Origin: an uncultured Nitrosomonas sp. | GTDB lineage: Bacteria; Pseudomonadota; Gammaproteobacteria; Burkholderiales; Nitrosomonadaceae | Length of the DNA: 64,000 bases | Reading direction: 5' to 3' | Assembly: GCA_964647635.1 (NCBI GenBank) | Contig: CAZYHY010000001.1 | Coordinates: 97,274 to 161,273, forward strand | Notes under the pieces: generated by a model | Told to the model about the DNA's origin: nothing | Database searches by the model: none | What the model saw: the letters and a program-made list of their open reading frames with translations, nothing else | Shown: piece after piece, positions 10,956-23,838 of the stretch | Layout of the letters: each line of letters starts with the position of its first letter | Numbering within the stretch: the stretch's first letter is position 1 | Translations under genes and position numbers: made by a program

Positions 10956-12064
10956 ATGCCACACAACAACTGCACAAACTGGGACAGAGTATCTGGCTCG
11001 ACAACATAACGCGCGAACTGCTTACGAGCGGCACGCTGGCTCGCTATATCAGCGAATTATCGGTGACGGGACTTACCTCCAATCCCACCATATTCGATCA
11101 TGCCATCGAAGATGGTGATTTTTACGATGATGCGATCCGCCAAAAAACGCTTGAAGGTAAATCAGGCGAGGCGTTGTTCTTTGAACTTGCGTTGGAAGAT
11201 TTAGTCCAGGCGGCCGATCTTTTTCGACCAATCTATGACACCACAGGCGGAATTGACGGCTGGGTATCCCTGGAGGTATCGCCCTTACTTGCGGACGACA
11301 CCGCTGGTACGGTAAAGGCGGCAGTACAGCTGCATGCGCGTGCACGACGCCCCAATCTTTTCATTAAGATTCCGGGCACCCGTGCAGGTATTCCTGCAAT
11401 CGAGGAAGCTATTTTTGCTGGCGTGCCAGTCAATGTTACGCTGCTGTTCTCGCGTGAACACTACATTGCAGCGGCAGAAGCGTATATGCGCGGCATCGAA
11501 CGGCGCATAGATGCTGGTTTGGATCCGAAGATCGATTCCGTGGCTTCAGTTTTCGTCAGTCGCTGGGATGTGGCTGTCAAGAACAAGGTGAAGGGTGAGC
11601 TTGGCAACAATCGGCTTGGCATTGCAATCGCAAGCAGCGCCTATCAAGCCTACCGCGATTTATTGGCATCAAAGCGTTGGCAGAAATTGGCTACTTCCGG
11701 AGCACATCCGCAGCGCTTGCTGTGGGCCAGCACCGGCACGAAGGATCCTGCAGCCCCAGATACCTTGTATATTGAAGCGCTCGCTGCGCCGGATACGGTC
11801 AATACCATTCCAGAAAAGACGCTGCTTGCTTTTGCCGAACACGGCAAAGTAAAAACCATATTGCCGATTGATGAGGATTATACCGCAAGAATGAAAGCGG
11901 TAATCGCAGAATACGCCGCGAATGGCGTCAACAGCGAGGTGTTGGCCGCCGAATTGCAACATGAAGGCGCTGAGTCTTTTGTCAAATCTTGGCATGACCT
12001 GATAGCTTGTATTGCAAAAAAAAGTGATGTGCTTACTAAGAGGGTACATCCAGGCGGAAAATAA
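10952..12064 (+). CDS. tal: Transaldolase
   Basis: [28 protein letters not shown] Schiff-base Lys, NVTLLFS, WASTGTK; ATGA overlap with zwf. Confidence 0.93.
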   Translation: MNATQQLHKLGQSIWLDNITRELLTSGTLARYISELSVTGLTSNPTIFDHAIEDGDFYDDAIRQKTLEGKSGEALFFELALEDLVQAADLFRPIYDTTGGIDGWVSLEVSPLLADDTAGTVKAAVQLHARARRPNLFIKIPGTRAGIPAIEEAIFAGVPVNVTLLFSREHYIAAAEAYMRGIERRIDAGLDPKIDSVASVFVSRWDVAVKNKVKGELGNNRLGIAIASSAYQAYRDLLASKRWQKLATSGAHPQRLLWASTGTKDPAAPDTLYIEALAAPDTVNTIPEKTLLAFAEHGKVKTILPIDEDYTARMKAVIAEYAANGVNSEVLAAELQHEGAESFVKSWHDLIACIAKKSDVLTKRVHPGGK

Positions 12065-12066
12065 TC

Positions 12067-14139
12067 ATGACGTCTGCAACGCAACTCGATCAACAGTGCA
12101 TCAATACCATTAGATTTCTGTCGGTGGACATGGTGCAAAAGGCCAACAGCGGACATCCCGGCTTGCCGCTCGGCGCTGCGCCTATGGCATATATTTTGTG
12201 GACACGCTTTCTCAAGCATAATCCACGCAACACGCATTGGCTCAATCGCGACCGCTTTGTCCTCTCGGCCGGGCACGGTTCGGCGCTGCTTTACAGTTTA
12301 CTGCATCTGAGCGGTTACGATCTTTCTCTGGATGATATCCGGCAATTCCGTCAATGGAACAGCAAGGCACCGGGGCATCCCGAACGCGGACATACACCTG
12401 GGGTGGAAATTACCACTGGACCATTGGGTCAAGGCCTCGGCAATGCGGTCGGCATGGCAATTGCAGAAGCGCAACTCTCTGCCCACTACAACCGGCCCGG
12501 TCACACACTCATTGATCATCGCACCTACGTCATGGTCAGTGATGGCGATCTGATGGAAGGTGTGGCTTCTGAGGCAGCTTCTCTGGCTGGCCATCTAAAG
12601 CTCGGTAAACTCATTTGTCTCTACGACGATAACCACGTCACCCTGTCTGCCAGCACCGACATTACCTTCTCCGAGAATCGCGCACAGCGCTTCGAAGCTT
12701 ATGGCTGGCACACCGTATTGGTGGATGATGGCAACGATTTAGCTGCAATTGATGCCGCTTTGACTGCAGCATGCGCGGAAACTGCCCGGCCATCACTCAT
12801 ACTGGTACATACCCATATTGGTTATGGCTCGCCCTGGCAAGATAGTTTTAAGGCACATGGCTCGCCGCTTGGTATAGATGCTGTGCGCAAGACGAAACAA
12901 ACGCTAGGCTGGCCAACCGAACCGGATTTCCTGATACCGGACGAAGCGCGGGCGCATTTCCGTGAGGCGGTGCAACGAGGCGCACAGGACGAGGAGACAT
13001 GGAATATAGCGCTGAATGCCTACACCAAGGCATTCCCGGATATGGCAGAAGAGCTTCAATACCGCTTGCGCGACGAACTTCCACCGGGTTGGGACGCCGA
13101 CATTCCGGTATTTCAAACCGATGCCAAAGGCCTCGCTACGCGTGATGCATCCGGTAAAGTGATGAATGCCATTGCGCCCAAACTGCCGGCGCTGACCGGT
13201 GGTTCTGCCGATCTCGATCCATCCACGAAAACAGCCTTGAAAGGTATGGGCGACTTCAATTCGCCGCCGCTGAAAAATTCGGATCGACAAGATTCCGATA
13301 ACGCTGATTGGAGTTATACCGGACGCAATATACACTTTGGCATACGTGAACATGCGATGGGTGCTATCGTCAATGGTCTCGCCGTACACGGCGGTTTTGT
13401 TCCGTATGGTTCGACCTTTCTGGTCTTCTCTGACTACGTGCGTCCGTCGATCCGTCTGGCGGCATTGATGGGACTGCACGTTGTGTATGTGTTCACACAC
13501 GATAGCATCGCTGTCGGCGAAGATGGACCCACGCATCAACCGGTAGAACAACTGGCGAGTTTGCGCGCGATTCCAAATCTCACCGTTATCCGGCCCTGTG
13601 ATGCTAATGAAACCGCGGTCGCCTGGCGCGTTGCTCTGGAAACACGCGACCGGCCGGTGATACTGGTGTTGACTCGGCAGGAACTACCCACACTCGATCG
13701 CAGTCGCTATGCCGCTGCGGATGGATTGCGTAATGGCGCTTATGTATTGAGCGATGCCACTAATGGCGATCCCGAGCTAATCCTGCTCGCCAGCGGCTCC
13801 GAAGTCAGCCTGATCATAGCAGCGGCAGAACGTTTACAACAGCAAGGTATCGCCGTGCGCTGTGTCTCGATGCCGAGCTGGGAGTTATTCGAGGCTTTGC
13901 CGCAAGCTCAGCGCGATGCAGTATTGCCTCCCTCGGTCGAAGCGCGGCTTGCGGTTGAATTAGGTGTTACACAAGGCTGGCATCGCTACGTTGGTACGCA
14001 CGGCGATATTCTCGGCGTGGAGCGCTTCGGTGCTTCTGCACCAGCACCAGTGGTGCTGCGCGAATACGGTTTCACCGTCGACAACATTTGTGAGCGAGCA
14101 AAGCTGCAGTATAAATTTCACAAAACTAAAGCAGCATAA
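12067..14139 (+). CDS. tkt: Transketolase
   Basis: [30 protein letters not shown] motif, THDS...GEDGPTHQP. Confidence 0.96.
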   Translation: MTSATQLDQQCINTIRFLSVDMVQKANSGHPGLPLGAAPMAYILWTRFLKHNPRNTHWLNRDRFVLSAGHGSALLYSLLHLSGYDLSLDDIRQFRQWNSKAPGHPERGHTPGVEITTGPLGQGLGNAVGMAIAEAQLSAHYNRPGHTLIDHRTYVMVSDGDLMEGVASEAASLAGHLKLGKLICLYDDNHVTLSASTDITFSENRAQRFEAYGWHTVLVDDGNDLAAIDAALTAACAETARPSLILVHTHIGYGSPWQDSFKAHGSPLGIDAVRKTKQTLGWPTEPDFLIPDEARAHFREAVQRGAQDEETWNIALNAYTKAFPDMAEELQYRLRDELPPGWDADIPVFQTDAKGLATRDASGKVMNAIAPKLPALTGGSADLDPSTKTALKGMGDFNSPPLKNSDRQDSDNADWSYTGRNIHFGIREHAMGAIVNGLAVHGGFVPYGSTFLVFSDYVRPSIRLAALMGLHVVYVFTHDSIAVGEDGPTHQPVEQLASLRAIPNLTVIRPCDANETAVAWRVALETRDRPVILVLTRQELPTLDRSRYAAADGLRNGAYVLSDATNGDPELILLASGSEVSLIIAAAERLQQQGIAVRCVSMPSWELFEALPQAQRDAVLPPSVEARLAVELGVTQGWHRYVGTHGDILGVERFGASAPAPVVLREYGFTVDNICERAKLQYKFHKTKAA

Positions 14140-14143
14140 AACG

Positions 14144-15796
14144 ATGAAAATAAATCCAATGGCGGGTAAACCCGCAGAAACTTCGATGTTGGTCAATGTA
14201 CCGCGACTCATTACGGCTTACTACAGTCTGGTGCCGGATGCTGCGATACCCGCACAAAGAGTCGCATTCGGTACCTCAGGTCATCGCGGCTCCGCGTTCG
14301 AAATCAGCTTCAACGAATGGCATGTGCTTGCCATCAGTCAAGCTATTTGTGACTACCGCAAGGAACATGGCATAAGCGGTCCGCTGTTCCTTGGCATTGA
14401 TACGCACGCGCTTTCGGAACCGGCGTATGCTAGCGCGCTTGAAGTGCTGTCCGCAAATGGTGTAGAAGTCATGATCGCAGACAAGGACGAATACACGCCC
14501 ACTCCCGTGATTTCACATGCCATACTCACCTATAATCGCGGTCGGAAGTCAGGGCTGGCAGATGGTATTGTCATTACTCCTTCACACAATCCACCCGATA
14601 GTGGTGGTTTTAAGTACAACCCCACCCACGGCGGACCTGCGGGTAGCGACATTACGGGATGTATCGAAGCTAGGGCAAATGCATTTTTAGAAAGTGGTCT
14701 GCAGGGCGTGAAAAGAATTCCCTTTGCGCGGGCTCAACGCGCTGCTACCACGCACCGATATGACTTTCTCAATACTTACGTAAACGATCTCGGTAGCGTG
14801 CTTGATATGGATGCGATTCGCGATGCGAAGATCCACATGGGCGTGGATCCGCTTGGCGGTGCCGGCGTTCACTATTGGAGGGCGATCGCTGAACGTTATG
14901 GTTTAAACCTCACGGTAGTGAGTGAAACCGTCGATCCCACCTTCCATTTCATGACACTCGATTGGGATGGTCAAATTCGGATGGATCCGTCATCGTCTTA
15001 TGCAATGCAAAAATTGATCGACAACAAGGATCGCTTCGACATTGCCTTTGCCTGCGACACTGACCATGATCGACACGGAATTGTCACCAAGAATGCAGGA
15101 TTATTGCCACCTAATCATTATCTTTCTGTGGTCATTTTCTATCTCTTCCAGCATCGATCGAATTGGAGTAAAGACGCGGCAATTGGCAAAACGGTAGTCA
15201 GCAGCCAGATGATTGATCGTGTTACGGATCAGCTTGGACGGAAACTCTACGAGGTTCCTGTCGGCTTTAAGTGGTTTGCAGATGGCCTACTGCAAGGTTC
15301 GCTCGGGTTCGGAGGTGAAGAAAGTGCCGGCGCATCTTTTCTCCGTCTGAATGGTAATGTTTGGACCACCGATAAAGACGGCATTGTCCCGGCTTTGTTA
15401 TCGGCTGAGATTATTGCGCGCTTGGGCCGAGATCCCGGCGAAATCTATCGTGAACTGGAACTCAAATTTGGCGAGTCTATATACGATCGTGTCGAAGCGC
15501 CAAGCACTCCGGAGCAAAAAAAACTTTTGGCGAAACTCTCACCTCAACAGGTTAAGTTTACCGAGTTGGCTGGCGAAAAAATCCAGACTATCCTCACGCA
15601 CGCACCAGGAAATAATGCGCCCATCGGTGGATTGAAGGTGATTTCCAAGAGTGGATGGTTTGCGGCGCGTCCATCCGGTACCGAAGACATCTACAAAATT
15701 TATGCTGAGAGCTTCAAGGGAGCAGATCATCTACATCGCATTCAAGAGGAGGCTCAGACGATGGTTGGAGATGTTCTTGCAGCGGTGCCGAATTAG
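14144..15796 (+). CDS. pgm: Phosphoglucomutase (alpha-D-glucose phosphate specific)
   Basis: FGTSGHRG, TPSHNPP phosphoserine, DTDHDR metal loop, GEESAG, RPSGTE; start taken at ATG 14144. Confidence 0.95.
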   Translation: MKINPMAGKPAETSMLVNVPRLITAYYSLVPDAAIPAQRVAFGTSGHRGSAFEISFNEWHVLAISQAICDYRKEHGISGPLFLGIDTHALSEPAYASALEVLSANGVEVMIADKDEYTPTPVISHAILTYNRGRKSGLADGIVITPSHNPPDSGGFKYNPTHGGPAGSDITGCIEARANAFLESGLQGVKRIPFARAQRAATTHRYDFLNTYVNDLGSVLDMDAIRDAKIHMGVDPLGGAGVHYWRAIAERYGLNLTVVSETVDPTFHFMTLDWDGQIRMDPSSSYAMQKLIDNKDRFDIAFACDTDHDRHGIVTKNAGLLPPNHYLSVVIFYLFQHRSNWSKDAAIGKTVVSSQMIDRVTDQLGRKLYEVPVGFKWFADGLLQGSLGFGGEESAGASFLRLNGNVWTTDKDGIVPALLSAEIIARLGRDPGEIYRELELKFGESIYDRVEAPSTPEQKKLLAKLSPQQVKFTELAGEKIQTILTHAPGNNAPIGGLKVISKSGWFAARPSGTEDIYKIYAESFKGADHLHRIQEEAQTMVGDVLAAVPN

Positions 15797-15924
15797 GACA
15801 GAGATCTTATACCATTGGTCTTTATCAATGGACAATAAGTAAGATCAAAGAGGTATGATGTAACAAGGAAAATTCTAACTGATGTATTTGAGATTTGGCT
15901 CAAGACAAATTTGAAGGAGAGGTT

Positions 15925-18474
15925 ATGAAGGCAAAAAAAACAAGATCCAGTCATCCCAAAGAGCTTCTTTTACCCACGGAAGTAGATGGATTCGATTCCC
16001 TGGCTGAGCTTGCCTTGGACATGCGTTCGTCGTGGGATCATGCCACCGATGAAATATGGCGGCAATTAGATCCTGTACTATGGGAACTCACGCATAATCC
16101 ATGGGTTATCATACAGACGGCTTCACGAGAGGAACTTCAGCGTGTTTTAACCGATGCCACTTTCCGCAAAAAAATTGATGATCTGGTGCAAGCTAGACGT
16201 AATGTGGTAGAGGCTCCCGCATGGTTTCAGCAAACCTATCCTAAATCTCCACTGAGCTGTGTTGCCTATTTCAGCATGGAATTCATGTTGAGCGAAGCTT
16301 TGCCCATTTACTCGGGCGGATTGGGTAATGTGGCCGGCGACCAACTTAAGGCCGCTAGCGATTTAGGTGTTCCCGTGATCGGTATCGGACTGCTTTACCA
16401 GCAAGGCTATTTTCGCCAGATGATCGATAAAAATGGCGCGCAACAGGCCATGTTCCCGTATAACGACCCCGGGCAGTTGCCGATCACACCGTTGCGTAAA
16501 CCGAATGGAGAGTGGTTGCGACTTGAGGTTGTGTTACCCGGTTACTCGGTCTGGTTACGCACTTGGCAAGTACAGGTCGGTCGCGTAAAGCTGTATCTAT
16601 TAGACAGTAATGACGCAGCGAATTATCCTGCGCATCGAGGAATCACTAGTGAGCTTTACGGCGGCGGACCGGAGTTGCGCCTTCAACAGGAAATGATACT
16701 AGGAATTGGCGGATATCGACTGCTTGCAGCGCTCGGTATCCAACCCGAAGTCTGCCATTTGAATGAAGGGCATGCTGCTTTTGTTGTATTGGAGCGCGCC
16801 CGCAGTTTCATGCAGGAGACTGCACAAACTTTTGAAGCTGCGTTGACCATTACTCGGGCAGGCAATATCTTTACTACGCATACAGCGGTCGCTGCTGGTT
16901 TTGATCGTTTTTCTCCAGCGCTCATTGAGCAATACCTCGCAAATTATGCGCATACGCAGCTCGGTATAACTTGCCATGATTTGTTGGCCTTGGGCCGACA
17001 GAACCCGGATGATTTGTCAGAACCTTTCAATATGGCTTATCTGGCGATACGCGGAAGCAAGGCGGTGAATGGCGTAAGCCACTTACATGGCAAGGTGAGT
17101 CGGGAATTATTTGAATCACTCTTTCCACGCTGGCCGGTAGAAGAAGTACCGGTTGGATACGTGACCAATGGTGTTCATATACCAACCTGGGATTCGGCGA
17201 CAGCCGACGAGCTATGGACGAAAGCCTGTAACAAAGAACGCTGGCTGGGTCCAACAGATACCTTGGAACGGGATATTCGTCGCATCCCCGACGCTAGTCT
17301 CTGGCAATTTCGTAGCACTGCCAGAAAATCGTTGATTGAATTCGCTCGTAAACGATTGCACCGGCAACTCGCCGTTTCAGGATCGTCGCCCGAGGCAATT
17401 GAAGGCGCGCAGCATCTATTCGATCCCAATACTTTGACGCTAGGTTTTGCACGTCGTTTTGCAACCTATAAAAGACCGAATTTGCTGCTCCACGATCGGG
17501 AGCGATTACTGCGCCTGCTGTCTAATCCACAGCGTCCGGTACAACTTATCATGGCCGGAAAGGCTCATCCCGCGGATTTGGCCGGCCAAGCCCTGATTCA
17601 GGAATGGATACATTTCATCCGCCAAGCTAACGCGCGTCCACATGTAATCTTCCTCAGCGACTACGACATGCATTTGACCGAACAATTGGTGCAGGGTGTG
17701 GATGTTTGGCTCAACACACCGCGTCGCCCCTGGGAAGCGTGTGGAACGAGCGGTATGAAAGTCTTGGTCAACGGCGGTATTAATCTGTCTGAATTGGATG
17801 GCTGGTGGGCGGAAGCCTACACGCCAGAGGTGGGTTGGGCATTGGGAGACGGCCAGGAACATGATGGCGATCCCGCGTGGGATGCCATCGAAGCTGAGGC
17901 CCTCTACAACCTCCTTGAGCACGAAGTAATCCCTGAATTTTATACTCGTGATGAACAAGGCGTTTCCACCGCTTGGGTTGCACGGATGCGAGAAAGTATG
18001 GCACGGTTGACGCCACGCTTTGCCACCAATCGTACGGTACGTGAATATACCGAGCAACACTATCTCCCTATTGCCTCAGCCTATCGAGTACGAGCTGCGA
18101 ACAAAGGCAAAATCGGCGCAGATATTTTAAATTGGCAGCAAGTGCTGGATAAAAAATGGGCCGCACTGCGCTTTGGCGGGATGAGGGTAGAAAAGCAGGA
18201 TGATCAGTATGTATTTGAAGTGCAAGTGTATCTCGATGACCTCGATCCAGAGGCAGTGCAAGTAGAGCTTTATGCCAGCGGGATCAATGATACCGCACCT
18301 GAGCGGCTGGAGATGGCGCGCTTGCGGGAATTAACGGGCTCGTCGGGCGGCTATGTTTACAGCGCAAGTGTGCCAGCTATTCGTGCGGAGAAAGATTATA
18401 CAGCGAGAATAATACCACGGCATGAAAATGCTGCCATTCCTTTAGAAGCGCCGCGGATTCTGTGGCAGCGGTGA
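15925..18474 (+). CDS. glgP: Alpha-glucan (glycogen) phosphorylase
   Basis: YFSMEF, YSGGLG, HLNEGH, FARRFATYKR, EACGTSGMK PLP-lysine; GGAGAGG RBS before ATG 15925. Confidence 0.95.
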   Translation: MKAKKTRSSHPKELLLPTEVDGFDSLAELALDMRSSWDHATDEIWRQLDPVLWELTHNPWVIIQTASREELQRVLTDATFRKKIDDLVQARRNVVEAPAWFQQTYPKSPLSCVAYFSMEFMLSEALPIYSGGLGNVAGDQLKAASDLGVPVIGIGLLYQQGYFRQMIDKNGAQQAMFPYNDPGQLPITPLRKPNGEWLRLEVVLPGYSVWLRTWQVQVGRVKLYLLDSNDAANYPAHRGITSELYGGGPELRLQQEMILGIGGYRLLAALGIQPEVCHLNEGHAAFVVLERARSFMQETAQTFEAALTITRAGNIFTTHTAVAAGFDRFSPALIEQYLANYAHTQLGITCHDLLALGRQNPDDLSEPFNMAYLAIRGSKAVNGVSHLHGKVSRELFESLFPRWPVEEVPVGYVTNGVHIPTWDSATADELWTKACNKERWLGPTDTLERDIRRIPDASLWQFRSTARKSLIEFARKRLHRQLAVSGSSPEAIEGAQHLFDPNTLTLGFARRFATYKRPNLLLHDRERLLRLLSNPQRPVQLIMAGKAHPADLAGQALIQEWIHFIRQANARPHVIFLSDYDMHLTEQLVQGVDVWLNTPRRPWEACGTSGMKVLVNGGINLSELDGWWAEAYTPEVGWALGDGQEHDGDPAWDAIEAEALYNLLEHEVIPEFYTRDEQGVSTAWVARMRESMARLTPRFATNRTVREYTEQHYLPIASAYRVRAANKGKIGADILNWQQVLDKKWAALRFGGMRVEKQDDQYVFEVQVYLDDLDPEAVQVELYASGINDTAPERLEMARLRELTGSSGGYVYSASVPAIRAEKDYTARIIPRHENAAIPLEAPRILWQR

Positions 18475-18585
18475 ACAGGTTTTGCAGAATGAAAATTCCT
18501 TCAGGCTGACTACTCGGCCGCAAGCAACCGAGTTTACGCCAGCCTGATTGACCTCCGGCCAAACGGATTTTATTATCGACTTTGA

Positions 18586-18605
18586 CTCGGGAGCAAGCTC
18601 CCGAG
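18586..18605. terminator. GC-rich hairpin between convergent glgP and pilU
   Basis: CTCGGGAG-caag-CTCCCGAG followed by ATTTCTT. Confidence 0.5.
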
Positions 18606-18645
18606 ATTTCTTCCGTTAAATGCTCGCCGGTAAGAGCCACACAAA

Positions 18646-19782
18646 TTACGTTATTGCCAGATGATCTGCACTTGAAGCAAAATCTCTATCTTGAGCTTCG
18701 GTACTGTTAAGTTTGATTTGTAAACGTAGTTCATTCGTGGAATCAGCATTTCTAAGCGCATCCTCATAGCTGATTTTGCCTGCTTCATAAAGCTCAAACA
18801 GCGCTGTATCAAATGTTTGCATTCCCATTTCACGAGATTTCTTCATGATTTCCTTAATCTCGTGAACATTTCCTTTAAAAACCAGATCGGAAATTAACGG
18901 AGAATTAAGCAGCACTTCAATGGCTGCTACACGGCCATTGCCACTTTTTGCCGGTATCAGCCGTTGTGCCACCAGCGCTTTTAAATTCAGTGACAAATCC
19001 ATTAATAACTGCGAGCGGCGTTCTTCTGGGAAAAAATTGATAATACGATCCAGCGCCTGATTTGCACTGTTTGCATGTAATGTTCCCATGCACAGATGAC
19101 CGGTTTCAGCAAATGCAATGGCATGTTCCATCGTTTCGCGATCGCGAATTTCTCCGATCAAAATGACGTCAGGTGCTTGCCGCAGTGTATTTTTTAAAGC
19201 GGCTTCCCATGACTCGGTATCAACACCTACTTCGCGCTGAGTGACTACGCAATGAATATGTTCATGCACATATTCGACCGGATCTTCAATGGTGATGATA
19301 TGACCGTAGCTGTTTTGATTACGATGACCAATTAGTGCCGCCATGGATGTCGATTTTCCCGAACCTGTGCCGCCCACAAAAATTACCAGGCCACGCTTAC
19401 TCATGACAACCTCCTTTAGCACTTGCGGCAAACCCAAATCATCAAACTCGGGAATTTTTGTTGTGATGGTGCGCAACACGATACCAACTCGTTGTTGCTG
19501 CACAAAAGCATTCACGCGGAAGCGCCCGATGCCGGACGGATTAATCGCAAAATTAGCTTCCTTGGTAGCATCAAATTCGGCCGCCTGTTTGTCATTCATA
19601 ATGGCTCTGGCGAGTATTTCAGTATGTTGTGCAGAAAGCGATTCCTGAGAAACCGGTGTCATTTTTCCATCAATTTTGAGTGCGGGCGGAAAGCCGGTGG
19701 TGATGAACAAATCTGAAGCCTTTTTGTTGAGCATCAGGCGTAACAAATCAGACATGAATTTTGTTGCTTGCTCTTTATCCAT
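18646..19782 (-). CDS. pilU: Type IV pilus retraction ATPase PilU
   Basis: GGTGSGKST, TIEDPVE, LRQAPDVILIGEIRD, ETGHL; directly downstream of pilT. Confidence 0.95.
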   Translation of the reverse strand: MDKEQATKFMSDLLRLMLNKKASDLFITTGFPPALKIDGKMTPVSQESLSAQHTEILARAIMNDKQAAEFDATKEANFAINPSGIGRFRVNAFVQQQRVGIVLRTITTKIPEFDDLGLPQVLKEVVMSKRGLVIFVGGTGSGKSTSMAALIGHRNQNSYGHIITIEDPVEYVHEHIHCVVTQREVGVDTESWEAALKNTLRQAPDVILIGEIRDRETMEHAIAFAETGHLCMGTLHANSANQALDRIINFFPEERRSQLLMDLSLNLKALVAQRLIPAKSGNGRVAAIEVLLNSPLISDLVFKGNVHEIKEIMKKSREMGMQTFDTALFELYEAGKISYEDALRNADSTNELRLQIKLNSTEAQDRDFASSADHLAIT

Positions 19783-19821
19783 AGTATGCCTCTGGGATTT
19801 TGATTAATCTAAACAACCTGA

Positions 19822-20865
19822 TCAAATTTTGAAATTGTCTTTATTCATCGCTTTGCCGCGTGCTTCAGCTACTGAAATCACATTACGCTTCACCAAGTCT
19901 GTCAAATTTTGATCCAATGTTTGCATACCTACATTTTGCCCCGTTTGAATTGCCGAATACATTTGCGCAACCTTGCCTTCTCGTATCAAGTTACGGATAG
20001 CCGGCGTGCCAATCATTATTTCATGGGCGGCCACACGACCCTTTCCGTCTTTGGTTTTTAGCAGTGCCTGCGAAATAACAGCCCGTAATGATTCAGATAG
20101 CATCGAACGCATCATTTCTTTTTCTTCTGCAGGAAAGACATCAATAATACGATCAATAGTTTTAGCGGCGGAGCTAGTATGTAAGGTGCCAAAAACCAAA
20201 TGCCCCGTTTCGGCCGCGGTCATTGCTAAGCGCATAGTTTCCAGGTCGCGCATTTCACCTACCAGGATGATGTCAGGGTCCTCACGTAATGCCGAACGCA
20301 GTGCATTAGAAAAGCTTAATGTATCCCGCCCAACTTCACGCTGATTAATTAAACATTTCTTACTTTCATGCACGAATTCTATCGGGTCTTCGAGAGTCAG
20401 GATGTGGCCATAATCATTCTCGTTAATGCTATTGATCATGGCTGCCAATGTAGTGGATTTTCCGGATCCCGTCGGACCTGTGACTAACACAACCCCTCGC
20501 GGTTGCTGCGCAATTTCAGCAAATATTTTTGGCGCTTTAATATCTTCTAGGCTCAAGACCGTTGATGGAATCGTGCGCATCACAGCTGCGGCGCCGCGCT
20601 GCGTATTGAAAGCATTGACACGAAAACGCGCAAGGTTGGGAATAGCAAAGGAGAAATCACACTCCAGGTGTTCTTCATACGCTTTTCTCTGGCTGTCATT
20701 CATGATGTCATACACCATGTTGTGTACTTCTTTATGGCCCATTTCGGGCAAATTGATGCGCCGAATCTCACCATGCACCCGAATCATCGGTGGCATACCT
20801 GCCGATAAATGTAAATCTGATGCGCTGTTTTTAACCACGAAAGCTAGCAACTCTAGTATATTCAT
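19822..20865 (-). CDS. pilT: Type IV pilus retraction ATPase PilT
   Basis: GPTGSGKST, LREDPD, AETGHL and the AIRNLIRE signature. Confidence 0.97.
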   Translation of the reverse strand: MNILELLAFVVKNSASDLHLSAGMPPMIRVHGEIRRINLPEMGHKEVHNMVYDIMNDSQRKAYEEHLECDFSFAIPNLARFRVNAFNTQRGAAAVMRTIPSTVLSLEDIKAPKIFAEIAQQPRGVVLVTGPTGSGKSTTLAAMINSINENDYGHILTLEDPIEFVHESKKCLINQREVGRDTLSFSNALRSALREDPDIILVGEMRDLETMRLAMTAAETGHLVFGTLHTSSAAKTIDRIIDVFPAEEKEMMRSMLSESLRAVISQALLKTKDGKGRVAAHEIMIGTPAIRNLIREGKVAQMYSAIQTGQNVGMQTLDQNLTDLVKRNVISVAEARGKAMNKDNFKI

Positions 20866-21164
20866 TGCGATACCCTTTGGTGACAGTACTGAATGTACTG
20901 TTGAGTGTCTGAAAAGTATTTATAAATCCCAAGCAAAAGCGCCTGAGTTAATCCACTTGCTAACGGGAAATACAGACAAAAATTAAGGGAGTGCCGGTCG
21001 GGAAGAAAATGCACCAATGAATATGGAAATTCACTCGGTATATTGAATTTTACAAACTGCTATTAGGGCGATTAGTTAGAAATACCAACCAGTATCGCAT
21101 TGATGATTAAAAAGAAAGGTTTCCTGGTCTTAAAAAGGTAATTGAGCACCTTATGCTGAAAAGC

Positions 21165-22463
<1,299 letters not shown>

Positions 22464-22478
22464 ATGTCAGAAATTGTT

Positions 22479-23783
22479 CTATTCAATTGCACCCACAATA
22501 ACGGCTACCATACCATCGGGCTGGATTCGCCGCTGAAATGCTTGATGGATCTGTTCAGTTGTTACTGCTTCAACAGCAGCCAAGTAATCTGCTAAGTAAG
22601 TGAGTGGCAAATTATAAAAACCAATCACGGCAAGATAACCGAGTATTTTGCTATTACTATCTATCCGCAGTGGAAATCCACCAATAATATTTTGCTTGGC
22701 GGCTATCAATTCCTCTTCTGTCGGGCCTCCACTCACAAAATCTTTGAGTATTTTCTGAGTCAATGCAAATGCTTCCTCTGATTGTTCTTTTTTTGTCTGC
22801 AGGCCGATTTGGAATGGCCCTTGTTGTTTATAGGGAGAGAAGAAGCTATAAACACTATAAGCCAAACCACGCTGCTGACGCACTTCTTCCATCAGGCGCG
22901 AAACGAATCCACCGCCGCCCAGTATGTGATTTCCGACCAGAAGGGGGAAATAATCAGGATCATTCCGACGCAGTCCTGGATAGGCCAGTTGAATGTGGCT
23001 TTGTGTTGCTGGATGCGGAATCCTTTTTATGTTTGCTACAGGAATTTGCACCGCCGGCACATCAGTTTTCTGCTGATTGGAAGATAAGTTTTCCGTTAAC
23101 GATTTCACAATCGCTTCCGCTTCAGGTCGACTAACATCGCCCATAATTGCGATCACTGCATTGCTGGCAACATAGTAAGATCGATAAAAAGCTAGCAAAT
23201 CCTCTCGTTGCAATGAATTGACGGTATTGATTTCGCCTACATCATCCAAGCCGTAGGGGTGATCGCCATACAGCATTTTCATCAATTCGCGTTCAGCAAT
23301 ATAATCAGGCTTAGAACTTGATTCTTTAATACTCAAAGCAATCCTGGCCTTTTCTCGAGCCAGTACATTCTGAGGGAATTCTGGGTACTGGATAATGCGC
23401 GCCAATATATTTAGCGCTTGTTTGCGTTCCCGCTCGCTGCTTAAAGTACGTAACGCAATACCCGCACGGTCTAGATCAAAGTGACTATTCAGCTGTGCAC
23501 CAACATCCGCTAAAGCGGTTGTAATTTGATCTTCAGACAGACCGCCCGCCCCCATACTCAACAAATGTCGGACCAGATTGGCGCGACCCGATTTACTCGG
23601 CGTATCCATGCCGCTGCCCGCAGCAAATTCCACACTGATATCAAGCATCGGCAGGTCATGATTCTCAACAAAATACACCCGTGTGCCGGCAGATGTTTGC
23701 CAGTACTGGATCGGCAGCGAAGCCAATGTCCATTGAGAATAGAAACTTAACAATACGACAAGAACAAATCGTTTTATTTGCAC
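22479..23783 (-). CDS. M16B peptidase family protein, non-catalytic subunit
   Basis: Signal peptide and insulinase-like motifs; HxxEH is absent (ANLVRH at that position) while R..RGLAY is retained; GTG start after AGGAGG. Confidence 0.85.
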   Translation of the reverse strand: MQIKRFVLVVLLSFYSQWTLASLPIQYWQTSAGTRVYFVENHDLPMLDISVEFAAGSGMDTPSKSGRANLVRHLLSMGAGGLSEDQITTALADVGAQLNSHFDLDRAGIALRTLSSERERKQALNILARIIQYPEFPQNVLAREKARIALSIKESSSKPDYIAERELMKMLYGDHPYGLDDVGEINTVNSLQREDLLAFYRSYYVASNAVIAIMGDVSRPEAEAIVKSLTENLSSNQQKTDVPAVQIPVANIKRIPHPATQSHIQLAYPGLRRNDPDYFPLLVGNHILGGGGFVSRLMEEVRQQRGLAYSVYSFFSPYKQQGPFQIGLQTKKEQSEEAFALTQKILKDFVSGGPTEEELIAAKQNIIGGFPLRIDSNSKILGYLAVIGFYNLPLTYLADYLAAVEAVTTEQIHQAFQRRIQPDGMVAVIVGAIE

Positions 23784-23838
23784 CCAAGCCTCCTACAGCA
23801 CGCTCATCAAGAGCAACATTTTGTAATAATTATCTGCA

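Noticed and set aside
13964..14143. 60-aa N-terminal extension of Pgm in the ORF track
   Set aside because: Lies within tkt; Pgm-like sequence begins at ATG 14144
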